DNA of 64,000 nucleotides from a plasmid: sequence record NZ_CP018188.1; one strand, 5' to 3'. Shown piece by piece: positions 43,886 to 52,776 of this stretch (position 1 is its first letter; each line of letters starts with the position of its first letter). The notes under the pieces were generated by a model. It saw only the letters and a program-made list of their open reading frames with translations, ran no database searches and was not told where the DNA came from. The position numbers and the translations under genes were made by a program.

Positions 43886-44735
43886 ATTGAATTCCTCCGT
43901 TGTCCAAAATAGTATTCAAAATTTGTTTATCTTTAACAAAACAAGTAACAACTCTTTTATTCGGTAAATTCTTCGGCCTTAAGTTTGTGACATCAAAAAG
44001 CTTGAACTCATCAGCAAAACTATAGTCTTCAAACAAATTTACGCCTACTTCTTTATCATCATCAAAAATTTCATCGGCAAACCCTTCTAATTTTAAAGAT
44101 ATTTCCAAAAAATTAACAAGCTCTAAATACGATAGATTATCAGGTTTAATTACATCTCTATTAGAAAAAGCTTCATCCACTAATCTACTCTCTAGGTAAG
44201 CATTAAACTTTGCATCAATTAGTTTTTCTTCCTTCCCCATACCGAAAATAATCATATTTTGACTAATCTCAAAATAAACAGAGATATAAAAAATCTTTTT
44301 ATCAAAATTTACTTCGTATGAATACGTTATTCCTCTTTTATAATTTTCAACTTTCAAAGGTTTTTGAAATATAATATTATTTACTGTTTCCTGAAATAAA
44401 TGACGTTCAAATACTTCTAATATAGAATTATTTAGAGATGCATCCAAATCGACATGTGCTGAAAAACCAATTGTATCGAAATAGCCTTTGATATCAGAAT
44501 TTTTGTATATATTAATCCATGTCAATCTTTCATACAACTCAGAGATAGCTTTCTCTTTGGAAATATCTTTTAGTGCATCTTGACCAGAAAAAGGGATATA
44601 CTCAATTTTCTTATTACCATTTTCAACGATAGAGATACCAATACATCTGTAATACGGTATCTCGTTATAATACCTTTTTGTAATTTCTACATCAGAAATT
44701 TTGTAATTAATGTCTTTAAACTTCATTTTTACCAA
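43869..44735 (-). CDS. hypothetical protein (288 aa), possibly YcaO-like cyclodehydratase component
   Basis: Contains SILEVFER, resembling the YcaO ATP/Mg-binding Sx3ExxER motif but with spacing not exact. Short for a canonical YcaO. Translationally coupled between the dehydrogenase and the ThiF-like gene. Confidence 0.35.
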   Translation of the reverse strand: MVKMKFKDINYKISDVEITKRYYNEIPYYRCIGISIVENGNKKIEYIPFSGQDALKDISKEKAISELYERLTWINIYKNSDIKGYFDTIGFSAHVDLDASLNNSILEVFERHLFQETVNNIIFQKPLKVENYKRGITYSYEVNFDKKIFYISVYFEISQNMIIFGMGKEEKLIDAKFNAYLESRLVDEAFSNRDVIKPDNLSYLELVNFLEISLKLEGFADEIFDDDKEVGVNLFEDYSFADEFKLFDVTNLRPKNLPNKRVVTCFVKDKQILNTILDNGGIQYAVKI

Positions 44736-45381
44736 CTCTCAAAAAACATGGCAGCGTGTATTCACTTTCTTTGTATTGCATTGTAAAATAATCAATTTCA
44801 CCAAAGTGTATACAAGATAAAAAATTTTTTTCCGATAATAATAAGGTAACATTTTGTATTAAACAACCTAAAGTAGTGTATGCTAAAGGTATAGATAAAG
44901 CACCATATTTGCAAGTAACTCTGTCGAGAGAAAGCATAAAAAAGATGTAAATACCCGAGCTTCCAGTGTATTCATGTCGTTTAATAGCTTTTTTTAAATA
45001 ACTTAAAAGCTTATCCTCATCAAAATTATCGTCACAGCTATCTTGAGATACATTGAGTATTCGAAATAAGGAATTTTCTGGTTCAAACACTAAAATATCC
45101 AAAAAATCCAAATTACCAGCAATCGGAGTAGGATAATATTCTTCATGCGCGGATACAAACTCTATAATAGATAGTATTTCATCTAATTTACAATCTTGAA
45201 AAGTTCCTCTATCTGATTTTCTTTTTTTAAAAATTTCAACTAAGTGTGAATGAGGTAGAGGCAATTGTTTTTGTGATTTCTTTATCTGAATACTTCTGAT
45301 ATATTTGAGTTCATTTTCATTTAAGAATACATTATTTAACTTTACAAGAGATTCTTTGGTTTTTGGTTCTATTCTTTTCAT
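44716..45381 (-). CDS. SagB/McbC-type nitroreductase-fold FMN dehydrogenase (221 aa)
   Basis: KRKSDRGTF matches the nitroreductase RRSxRxF-type motif. C-terminal TLGCLIQNVTLLLSEKNFLSCIHFGEID matches the conserved G..QN(L/V)..A..LG..SC region of the family. RBS GGAGG 7 nt upstream. Confidence 0.6.
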   Translation of the reverse strand: MKRIEPKTKESLVKLNNVFLNENELKYIRSIQIKKSQKQLPLPHSHLVEIFKKRKSDRGTFQDCKLDEILSIIEFVSAHEEYYPTPIAGNLDFLDILVFEPENSLFRILNVSQDSCDDNFDEDKLLSYLKKAIKRHEYTGSSGIYIFFMLSLDRVTCKYGALSIPLAYTTLGCLIQNVTLLLSEKNFLSCIHFGEIDYFTMQYKESEYTLPCFLRVGKNEV

Positions 45382-45407
45382 TACAAAACCTCCAATACTT
45401 TTTTAAT

Positions 45408-45436
45408 AGTATAGCGCTTACATAAAGAAAAGTCAA
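45408..45436 (-). promoter_or_regulatory. sigma70-type promoter for the minus-strand modification/export operon
   Basis: On the minus strand, -35 TTGACT (45431-45436), 17-nt spacer, -10 TATACT (45408-45413), ~20 nt upstream of the GGAGG RBS. Confidence 0.5.
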
Positions 45437-45456
45437 AAAATTTTTAATATTTGTTG

Positions 45457-45485
45457 TTGACAGAATTGTCTCTAAGATCTATAAT
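45457..45485 (+). promoter_or_regulatory. consensus sigma70 promoter for the precursor-peptide gene
   Basis: -35 TTGACA (45457-45462), 17-nt spacer, -10 TATAAT (45480-45485). AAGGAGG RBS at 45529-45535. Confidence 0.6.
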
Positions 45486-45544
45486 AAGACTATAGATTGG
45501 TAGCGCTATCAACTATAGATATCTTAAGAAAGGAGGTCATTACA

Positions 45545-45664
45545 ATGGCTGATGAAGTAATTTCTTTGGGGCTTGATGTGGAAGAAGTAAGTCTATCATA
45601 TCTTCAAACGCAAGGTGTAGTTGCTGGATCATTACTAAGTTGTTGTGGTTGTGGCGATGAATGA
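45545..45664 (+). CDS. RiPP precursor peptide candidate (39 aa, Cys-rich C-terminal core)
   Basis: ATG 7 nt after AAGGAGG. Translation is MADEVISLGLDVEEVSLSYLQTQGVVAGSLLSCCGCGDE, with an acidic leader and a Ser/Cys/Gly-rich core. Consensus promoter upstream and hairpin downstream. Below the ORF-track size cutoff. Confidence 0.6.
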   Translation: MADEVISLGLDVEEVSLSYLQTQGVVAGSLLSCCGCGDE

Positions 45665-45701
45665 TGTAGTTTTTAGAAATCTAAATCATCTTATACCTAG
45701 C

Positions 45702-45728
45702 ACTTTGAAATTTATTATTTCAAAGTGT
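45702..45728 (+). terminator. perfect 11-bp stem hairpin after precursor gene
   Basis: cactttgaaat-ttatt-atttcaaagtg. There is no long T-run, so intrinsic termination efficiency is uncertain. Confidence 0.4.
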
Positions 45729-45738
45729 CAGAATGAAG

Positions 45739-47206
45739 GGCTCTATAATTTCTGTAGTGGGTAAAACCACTGTAGAGATTATAGAGCTTTTTGAGTGTAC
45801 ACAAAAAGTCCCATAAGAACTATAATGAAAAGCGACGAAACTACCATTAGGAAGAACTTATGAGACCTACTAAGAATACCACAGAATTAATCGGAATTAA
45901 AGACCAAAATATCAAGATTTCACTTGTTTTTGAAACTGATACTCATATCGAGATTCAAGCAAAACTTGATTACCCTGCACCATCATGTCCTCACTGCCAA
46001 GGAAAGATGATCAAATATGACTTTCAAAAAAACTCTAAAATCCCTCTTCTCGAGCAAGCTGGGACTCCAACTCTACTACGTCTGAAAAAACGTCGTTTCC
46101 AGTGTAAAAGTTGTAGGAGAGTAATGGTGGCTGAGACATCTATCGTTGAGAAAAACTGCCAAATCTCAAATCTAGTCCGTCAAAAAGTTGCACAACTCCT
46201 AACTGAGAAGATGTCACTAACAGATATTGCCAGAAGACTTCGTGTGTCGACCTCTACCGTCTATCGTAAGCTTGATCAGTTTACTTTCAAGGAACATTTT
46301 GACAAACTCCCAAGGGTTATGTCCTGGGATGAGTTTGGTTTCAAGAAAGGGGAATTAGCTTTTGTGGCTCAGAACTATGAGACAAACAAACTCATAACCA
46401 TCCTTGATAATCGCTGCCAAACCTCTATACGAAACTACTTTTTGAAGTATCCATTAAAAGCTCGCCAAAAGGTGCAGTTTATCACGATGGATATGTCTGG
46501 AGCCTATATCCCACTAGCCCGCAGACTCTTTCCAAACGCAAAAATCGTTCTTGATCGTTTCCACATCATCCAGCACCTTGGACGTGCCTTTTTAAAGACA
46601 AGAATTGCAATTATGAACCAATTCGATAAGAAGTCACTACCCTATCGAGCCTTGAAAAATCACTGGCGACTCTTCCAAAAGGACAGCTGTAAGTTATCTC
46701 TCAACTCTTTCTATTCAAAGACTTTCCGTCAAACTTTAGCACCACATGAAGTCGTTGCGAAAACAATAGACTTTTCAGAAGAGCTTACCGACTACTGTAC
46801 ACTTTATCAGCTCTTGCTTTTTCACTTTCAGGAGAAGAGAGTAGATGAGTTCTTTGAGCTGATAGAGGAAAATAGGAACAAGGTCAATCACTACTTTCAA
46901 ACGGTCTTTAGGACTTTTCTTAGACACAAGCAATACATCAAGAATGCGCTAGAAACTGACTATTCCAACGCGAAACTGGAAGCGACTAACAAGTTGATCA
47001 AAGACATCAAACGATTAGGATTCGGTTTTAGAAACTTTATTAACTTTAGGAAGCGTGTCTTCATCACTCTAAACATACAAAAAGAGAAGACCTATATGGT
47101 CCTCTCTAGATGTTAGCTTTTCGTCACCCACTACAGTTGACATCGAGCTCTTATCTCATTTTTCACTTAAAGCCTTGATAGATTTGACAAATGGTAGAAA
47201 AGAGCC
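45739..47206 (+). mobile_element. ISL3-family insertion sequence (IS1167/IS1193-like), intact
   Basis: Imperfect terminal IRs GGCTCTATAATTTCTGTAG.. (left) and ..GGTAGAAAAGAGCC (right) bracket a 418-aa transposase. About 1.47 kb. Confidence 0.75.
45860..47116 (+). CDS. ISL3-family transposase
   Basis: Zinc-finger CPHC..CKSC, HTH region, DDE domain with DRFHI motif. Full length with no internal stops. Confidence 0.85.
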   Translation: MRPTKNTTELIGIKDQNIKISLVFETDTHIEIQAKLDYPAPSCPHCQGKMIKYDFQKNSKIPLLEQAGTPTLLRLKKRRFQCKSCRRVMVAETSIVEKNCQISNLVRQKVAQLLTEKMSLTDIARRLRVSTSTVYRKLDQFTFKEHFDKLPRVMSWDEFGFKKGELAFVAQNYETNKLITILDNRCQTSIRNYFLKYPLKARQKVQFITMDMSGAYIPLARRLFPNAKIVLDRFHIIQHLGRAFLKTRIAIMNQFDKKSLPYRALKNHWRLFQKDSCKLSLNSFYSKTFRQTLAPHEVVAKTIDFSEELTDYCTLYQLLLFHFQEKRVDEFFELIEENRNKVNHYFQTVFRTFLRHKQYIKNALETDYSNAKLEATNKLIKDIKRLGFGFRNFINFRKRVFITLNIQKEKTYMVLSRC

Positions 47207-47427
47207 ACAATGTATTACCTCATTGTACCTAACCTTTATCATCCCTGCTAAAAAAACGCGAAGTTTGACTATCCATTTAATTGTATCTCCTTGGTAAATA
47301 AGGTCTCGGTTTTTAAGTGATTTACTATGAAGAATATAGCATTAGCTTTAAACATCCTTTCACATAATATTTTGTGTCTTGAATTGTCAAATTAAGTGCA
47401 TACTTTCCCCTTTATTCATTCTAAATA

Positions 47428-48156
47428 CTATTTAAATACAACACTTTCTGAGTTGAATAATAGTTTACCACTAGAGAAACGAAGTTGAGAACTCCTTAAA
47501 AATCTTTTTTCAATCACTTCATCTACTGCAGCATCGTCAAAATGGATAACTTCTCCGACTTTTTTCAAACATCCAGCTTCACTTGAATCAAGCAAGCTGA
47601 AAATTTTCGCTAGATCTGGAACTACTCCGACACCGGCGTATTTAAACAATTCGGCTAGAGGAATGTAATTGGTTAGTGTCTTCAATGGTAAATTCTGAAC
47701 GTATTCCCTACAACCTTTCATGAAGGCTAATTTTTTTACCTCATTTTGTTGACGACTATTTGTCAAACTAGAAATCCTTACTTGGACTTCTTTTGAAGCT
47801 AGGTTATTTTGTCCCGCAAGCAACATATCAAATAACATATATTGATAGTACGTTGATATTACATCTTTAGCTATGGATTTAGCTTCAGTCTCTGGTTTTC
47901 CCTCTTCGATTAGCTTTCTCCAGAGTTTATCAGAAATATCTCTGGTTGCCTGATAAAACCATGGTGATCCAAACTTCTTATATCGAGTAATTGCAAATGG
48001 CCCTTCCGAATCAATCATATACTCAATAATGGTTCGGCATAGGTCGTCATTAAATTCATAAATATATGATTCTAACTTTTCTTCTAGGTCTTCTAAAGTA
48101 ATTATCTTTGGATTATTGGCTGCTGTTGTCATTGTCTTACTCTTATTTTCAATCAA
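47428..48156 (-). CDS. hypothetical protein (242 aa)
   Basis: ORF downstream of small HTH gene; no motif recognised. Confidence 0.45.
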   Translation of the reverse strand: MIENKSKTMTTAANNPKIITLEDLEEKLESYIYEFNDDLCRTIIEYMIDSEGPFAITRYKKFGSPWFYQATRDISDKLWRKLIEEGKPETEAKSIAKDVISTYYQYMLFDMLLAGQNNLASKEVQVRISSLTNSRQQNEVKKLAFMKGCREYVQNLPLKTLTNYIPLAELFKYAGVGVVPDLAKIFSLLDSSEAGCLKKVGEVIHFDDAAVDEVIEKRFLRSSQLRFSSGKLLFNSESVVFK

Positions 48157-48199
48157 AAAAATTGGTATTAACTTCGTTACACCTGATTTGTAATTAATA

Positions 48200-48388
48200 T
48201 TATCTTGTTCCTAAAATATCGTCTGTAGATACACCAAAATACTCGGCTATAGCTATAACGTTTTCCATACGTATATTAGCTCCATTTTCCCACTTGTCAA
48301 TAGTCCCTGCATCGACATTTAGGTCATGAGCTAATGTTTTCTTTGACAATTTCCGTCGTTGTCTCAAGTCCGAAATAATATTTCCCAT
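48200..48388 (-). CDS. small XRE-family HTH regulator (62 aa)
   Basis: LSKKTLAHDLNVDAGTIDKWENG helix-turn-helix. Confidence 0.55.
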   Translation of the reverse strand: MGNIISDLRQRRKLSKKTLAHDLNVDAGTIDKWENGANIRMENVIAIAEYFGVSTDDILGTR

Positions 48389-48739
48389 GTATATATATAA
48401 CCTGCCTAATCAATATAGTCCTGAAATGATTTTACTATTTTTATGGCAAACAATCAAGAAAATTCCATAATAAAATTACACCTAACTCATATTCTTTTAA
48501 CTAAAAAGCTGTGATTTTCTACTAAAACATGGGTTTATTTTAATTATAACTTAGTGTTAAATTAGTAATTATTTCATTTTCATTCAGTGTGACACAGTCT
48601 TATATAGCTATTTTATACAGTCTATAAAGTCTTTTGAGTACTGTTATTTCTACATTTGTTTATTGTTTCTAAAACTGCTATAATAATTTTGATTATAAAA
48701 AATTATAATTTTTTTAGGAAGATGTTATAGGGATAATAC

Positions 48740-49534
48740 ATGAAAGAGTGTAAGGATAGTAATAATTTAATGGGGAAAATGTTTACTGACCGATTAATTA
48801 AACTCCGACAAGCTAGAGGTTGGACTAAAAAGGAATTTAGTGCCAAAATAGGGAAAACACAACAAACCGTTGGAAAGTGGGAAAACGGAAGTAATGCCCC
48901 TACATTTAAAGATCTTGTGAAATTGGTTGGGTTATTTGGGGTGACGTCAGACTACTTACTAGGATTATCGGACTCACCAAGCAAGTATGCTTACCCACCA
49001 ATTAACGACAATAAGCAAGAACAAGTAGAAGAAATGTTTAAGGAGCTTGATGAAGGAAACCAAGACGCGACTGTTGATTTCATAGAAAATCGATTAGATA
49101 ATCAGCACATCTCTAAAGAAATCAAAGAAAACGACCTTAAAAAACAAACAGGCATTAACGAGGAACGACCAACAAAAAGGGTCAGTATTTATGCTAGAGT
49201 CGATGCACAAGGCTTTGAATTATCAGAAGTCCCAGTTGACTGTCTTGACTATCCTGTGCCTATTCCAGTACATGATATAGCACTTAAGGTTGTCGGTAAT
49301 TCCATGGAACCTATTTTTCTCGATGATGAAGTGATATTTGTTATGAAGAACTCTATCCTCCGAACAGGTGATATCGCTATTGTACAATTAGATAGTCGGT
49401 ACTGCGTAATGAAGGTATGTAAAAATAGTGAAAATGGCGACATTATTCTTAACTCGCTAAATACTGATGAGACAGCTATCACTCTTACTAGGAAGAATAG
49501 CTGTACTATCTTTGGTAAAGTTGTCCTAATGTAA
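48740..49534 (+). CDS. LexA/CI-like repressor (XRE HTH + S24 peptidase domain)
   Basis: N-terminal HTH RQARGWTKKEFSAKIGKTQQTVGKWENG. C-terminal VGNSMEP (S24 Ser nucleophile motif) and downstream Lys. Confidence 0.7.
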   Translation: MKECKDSNNLMGKMFTDRLIKLRQARGWTKKEFSAKIGKTQQTVGKWENGSNAPTFKDLVKLVGLFGVTSDYLLGLSDSPSKYAYPPINDNKQEQVEEMFKELDEGNQDATVDFIENRLDNQHISKEIKENDLKKQTGINEERPTKRVSIYARVDAQGFELSEVPVDCLDYPVPIPVHDIALKVVGNSMEPIFLDDEVIFVMKNSILRTGDIAIVQLDSRYCVMKVCKNSENGDIILNSLNTDETAITLTRKNSCTIFGKVVLM

Positions 49535-49601
49535 GTTTGGTCTTTAAATAGTAAAGAAGTATAAGTAAGACTTTATGATCCAATAATAGCGAATACAAGA
49601 T

Positions 49602-49636
49602 AAAAACGGCAACCCCAATGGAGTTGCCGTTTTCTG
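49602..49636 (+). terminator. rho-independent terminator
   Basis: aaacggcaac-cccaatggag-ttgccgtttt hairpin plus T-run. Confidence 0.6.
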
Positions 49637-50872
49637 CAGTACATAACTTACAGAAATAAAAGAAAGTAACTTCATTATACTTTCTTTCTGCTAAAATCTC
49701 AATAGTTGCAAAATATATCTTAACTTAACCTTCAACTATTTTTTTAAGCAATATGAAACTCAAAATAATAAGGAGAAACGTAAATTGACTTAGATCAGTG
49801 ATTTTGATAAAATTATGGTAGAAAAAAGAAGTTGAGCGGTCACTCAACTTCCATGTAGAGCCGTTTAAAAGACGGTGGCTAGTTTAAACGAAGATAATCC
49901 GTCTTACTTCGCCAAAAGTGGGGACGGATTATTTTTTGTCATCGTCTTTAAAGAGTTTGTAGCATAAACCTATTAGAACGATTGTAAAACTACCAAAGCC
50001 TAGAATGGTTTACACAACCTCAAACGCTGCCAAAACTACTTTCCTTTCTACCGGACTTTGAATACTTGCCCATAGCAATCACTTGTAGTATTGACTTCCT
50101 TTATTTGAGTGTAAAATGAGCTCTTCTTTGTTTGAAGATTATAAATTCAAGCAAAGTCAACGAATCCATAAAGGGTTTGGCCTATTTTCTGATACACTTG
50201 AAAGCTTGTTTGATTAACACTCCGTAACTCTACTTGAGTCTTTACACAAAATTATTGACAGTATCTTGCAGAGTTATAGTAAACGTGAAATAAATATATA
50301 TATCAAACTTTAGGAAAATTAAGGATGCACTATATCAGTCTGTCCCTAAATCAACATTTGACAAGATAGTGGGAGCTAACTCTATTCAAAAACTTGAACA
50401 GTGGGAGAACATTTTATAAAATCATAAGCCTTGATTTGCTTATATGTTTTTGTTATAATTCACAATATCGAATAGGGGTGTAGTACTGCGGTCTATACTC
50501 AAAAGGGGGGATGCTTCCACCCTTTTATTTGACTCTTTTTACCATATACCAAGTTTATCAAGTCTTTAAGAATAAATGAGACAAGACAGTAGCTATTCTG
50601 AGGTTGCAGACTTATTTTTAAAACTTATTGATCCATAAAAGGGTATACGAATATAACACTCCATCTGGTATGTTTTGAAACTAAAATATATCAAAGCCAT
50701 ATAATAGAATCCAACTATAAAAGCCTGACCCCTTCCATTGCGAATAAGAGATGTTTTTCATAATGTTTTTAGTGAACATACCACGAGCCTCAATAACCAT
50801 AAAAGATTTTTTATAGTCATTATAAAACATAAAAACAGACTCTATTCAGGGGAACATAAATCCTTGAAAAAT

Positions 50873-50902
50873 ATTGCAAATTTTTAATCATCTTGATATA
50901 AT
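50873..50902 (+). promoter_or_regulatory. sigma70 promoter with extended -10 (orphan)
   Basis: -35 TTGCAA (50873-50878), 18-nt spacer, TGaTATAAT extended -10 (50894-50902). Confidence 0.4.
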
Positions 50903-50908
50903 CACAAT

Positions 50909-51059
50909 TGTAGGCTTACACACCATACAATAAATAATTCAATCTTCCCTTAGTCTCTAATTAACTTCTATTACATAGAGGCTTTATACTCACATTATTC
51001 GTCACATAAAAATTTTATGTGAGTGCCTACTACTAACTAGGGTATCTCCCTAGTTTTTT
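50909..51059 (+). ncRNA. candidate small non-coding RNA (~150 nt) bounded by promoter and intrinsic terminator
   Basis: No ORF of more than ~10 codons between the promoter and the aactaggg-tatct-ccctagtt hairpin + T6 terminator (51035-51059). Internal perfect palindrome cacataaaaattttatgtg. Confidence 0.3.
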
Positions 51060-51075
51060 GTGCTTTCCTTTGAAA

Positions 51076-51175
51076 TATTTTATTTGGCTCCTTTCTACCA
51101 TTTATCAAGTCTATCAAGGCTTTAAGTAAAAAAAGAGATAAGACAGTAGCTATTCTGAGGTTACTGTCTTATTTT
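51076..51175 (-). repeat. ISL3 right-end IR remnant plus hairpin module (inverted orientation)
   Basis: ggctcctttctaccatttatcaagtctatcaaggctttaagt followed by ataagacagta..tactgtcttat hairpin. A degenerate second copy lies at 50524-50630. Confidence 0.5.
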
Positions 51176-51180
51176 TAACA

Positions 51181-52727
51181 CTTTTTGATCCATAAAAGGG
51201 CATGCTAAAAAACACCTCATCTGGTATTTTTTGAAACAAGGTGTTACCCTAATACGGCATAGACAGCCTTATCGATTTTGGGCCAAAGAGTAATCGTCAA
51301 GTTTGTTATGCGTAATGAGGTAAAGCATTGTCTGAATGAGACGATGTATAGAGGCAATCGTATGTGGCTTAGTTGAAGCTATTATCGATTGTCTTTTTCG
51401 TTTCTCATAAAAGTTAGCGATATGGCAGGGATTAGTATGACTAGCTGAAGCGATGTTATGAATGCACTTGTACAGAATTTTTCTTGCATAAGGATTCCCA
51501 CGCTTAGTGATGTGTTCCTTGGCGAGAAAGTTCCCGATTCATAGTGTCTCAGGTCAATACCAATAAAAGCGTTGATTTGATTGGTAGACTGAAAGCGACG
51601 AATATCTTCCAATTCGCCAATGATAGATGTCGCTGTGGTTTCTGCGATGCCAGGAATTGACCATAAGATGTCATACTCTTGTAAAGGCTGAACTAGAGCT
51701 ACCATGTTGTTTAAGACAACTTGTCTGCGTTCAGAAAGACGAAGCAATTCTTGAGCATAGTAACGGACCTCTTCCATCATGGGAGAGGTTTTCTTGACCG
51801 CACAATAAGACCTATTAGCTAGTTCGACGAGTTTATCAGTTAGGTAAGCAATACGCTTTTCAGAGATACGTTTGGAGGTAGATTGGCGGATAATTTCACA
51901 CAAGTCACTTTGAGAAAGGCTTTATACAAACTCTTTGCATGGAAAAGCCATCAGTAAGTTCCAATATTGCTCTCCAGTTGGTGTGGATAAGAAATTTTCC
52001 AATTGAGGAAAAGTGACTTGTAGAACCTTGTGCAGACGGTTTTTAGCTCGAACAAGATCTTCATTCATATTTTGATAGAAACGGCTTAAATCACGTAGAT
52101 GTTGATAAACTTCTTGCTGCACGTAAGTTGGTTTACGATTGTGCACAAGCTAAGAATTAGCCAACTTTTCAGCGTCAATTTTATCTGTTTTACGAACTCA
52201 CAAACTGTTCAATTGCTTCTTAGCTTCCAGTGGATTTAGCTGTGTGTAAGCGTAACTATATTCCTCAAGGAAGGCTTGAAGACGTCGAGAATAGACGCCT
52301 GTAGCCTCAAATATAATCTCAGGGCTATGAACAGTTTTCAAGTCGCCCAACAGGCGATTGAATCCAATGGCATCATTGAGTATGGTGTAGCCATGAACCT
52401 TTTCACCGTTGACTAAAATTGCCACCTCAGAACTTGTTTTACTTACATCAATTCCAAATACTGCACGCATGACATTACCTCTTTTGTCTTGAATGATTCC
52501 TTATTTTAGTGATGTCCTTTTCAATACTCGACGTCTAGCATCCAACATACTTTGATAATATTCCATCTAAAACAGGTATCTTGCCAGTTTGTCAAGCGAC
52601 ATCTAACGCCATTGAACCCTACGACTTTACAAGACACCACTACTTTAACATAAAGAAAAAGTAGTGAGTACTCTCTCCCGTCGGAGATTTCTTCACTACT
52701 AATCTTAGTATGTTCTATTTCACATAA
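51181..52727 (-). mobile_element. IS110-family element, copy 3, transposase disrupted
   Basis: Transposase split into 52198..52470, 51922..52146 and 51382..51903 by frame breaks. Same leader (52471-52727) and tail as copies 1 and 2. Inserted directly downstream of salR. Confidence 0.7.
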
Positions 52728-52776
52728 TCCCTAACAAATACAAAGATAAAGCTTAATTAAGTTGTTTGCCTACAAC

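Noticed and set aside
45545-45664. Interpreting the Cys-rich 39-aa peptide as a lanthipeptide or streptolysin S homologue
   Set aside because: No LanB/LanM/LanC-type enzyme is in that cluster (the LanM belongs to the separate sal locus 14 kb away). The sequence is unlike SagA. The neighbouring enzymes fit an azole-forming pathway instead.
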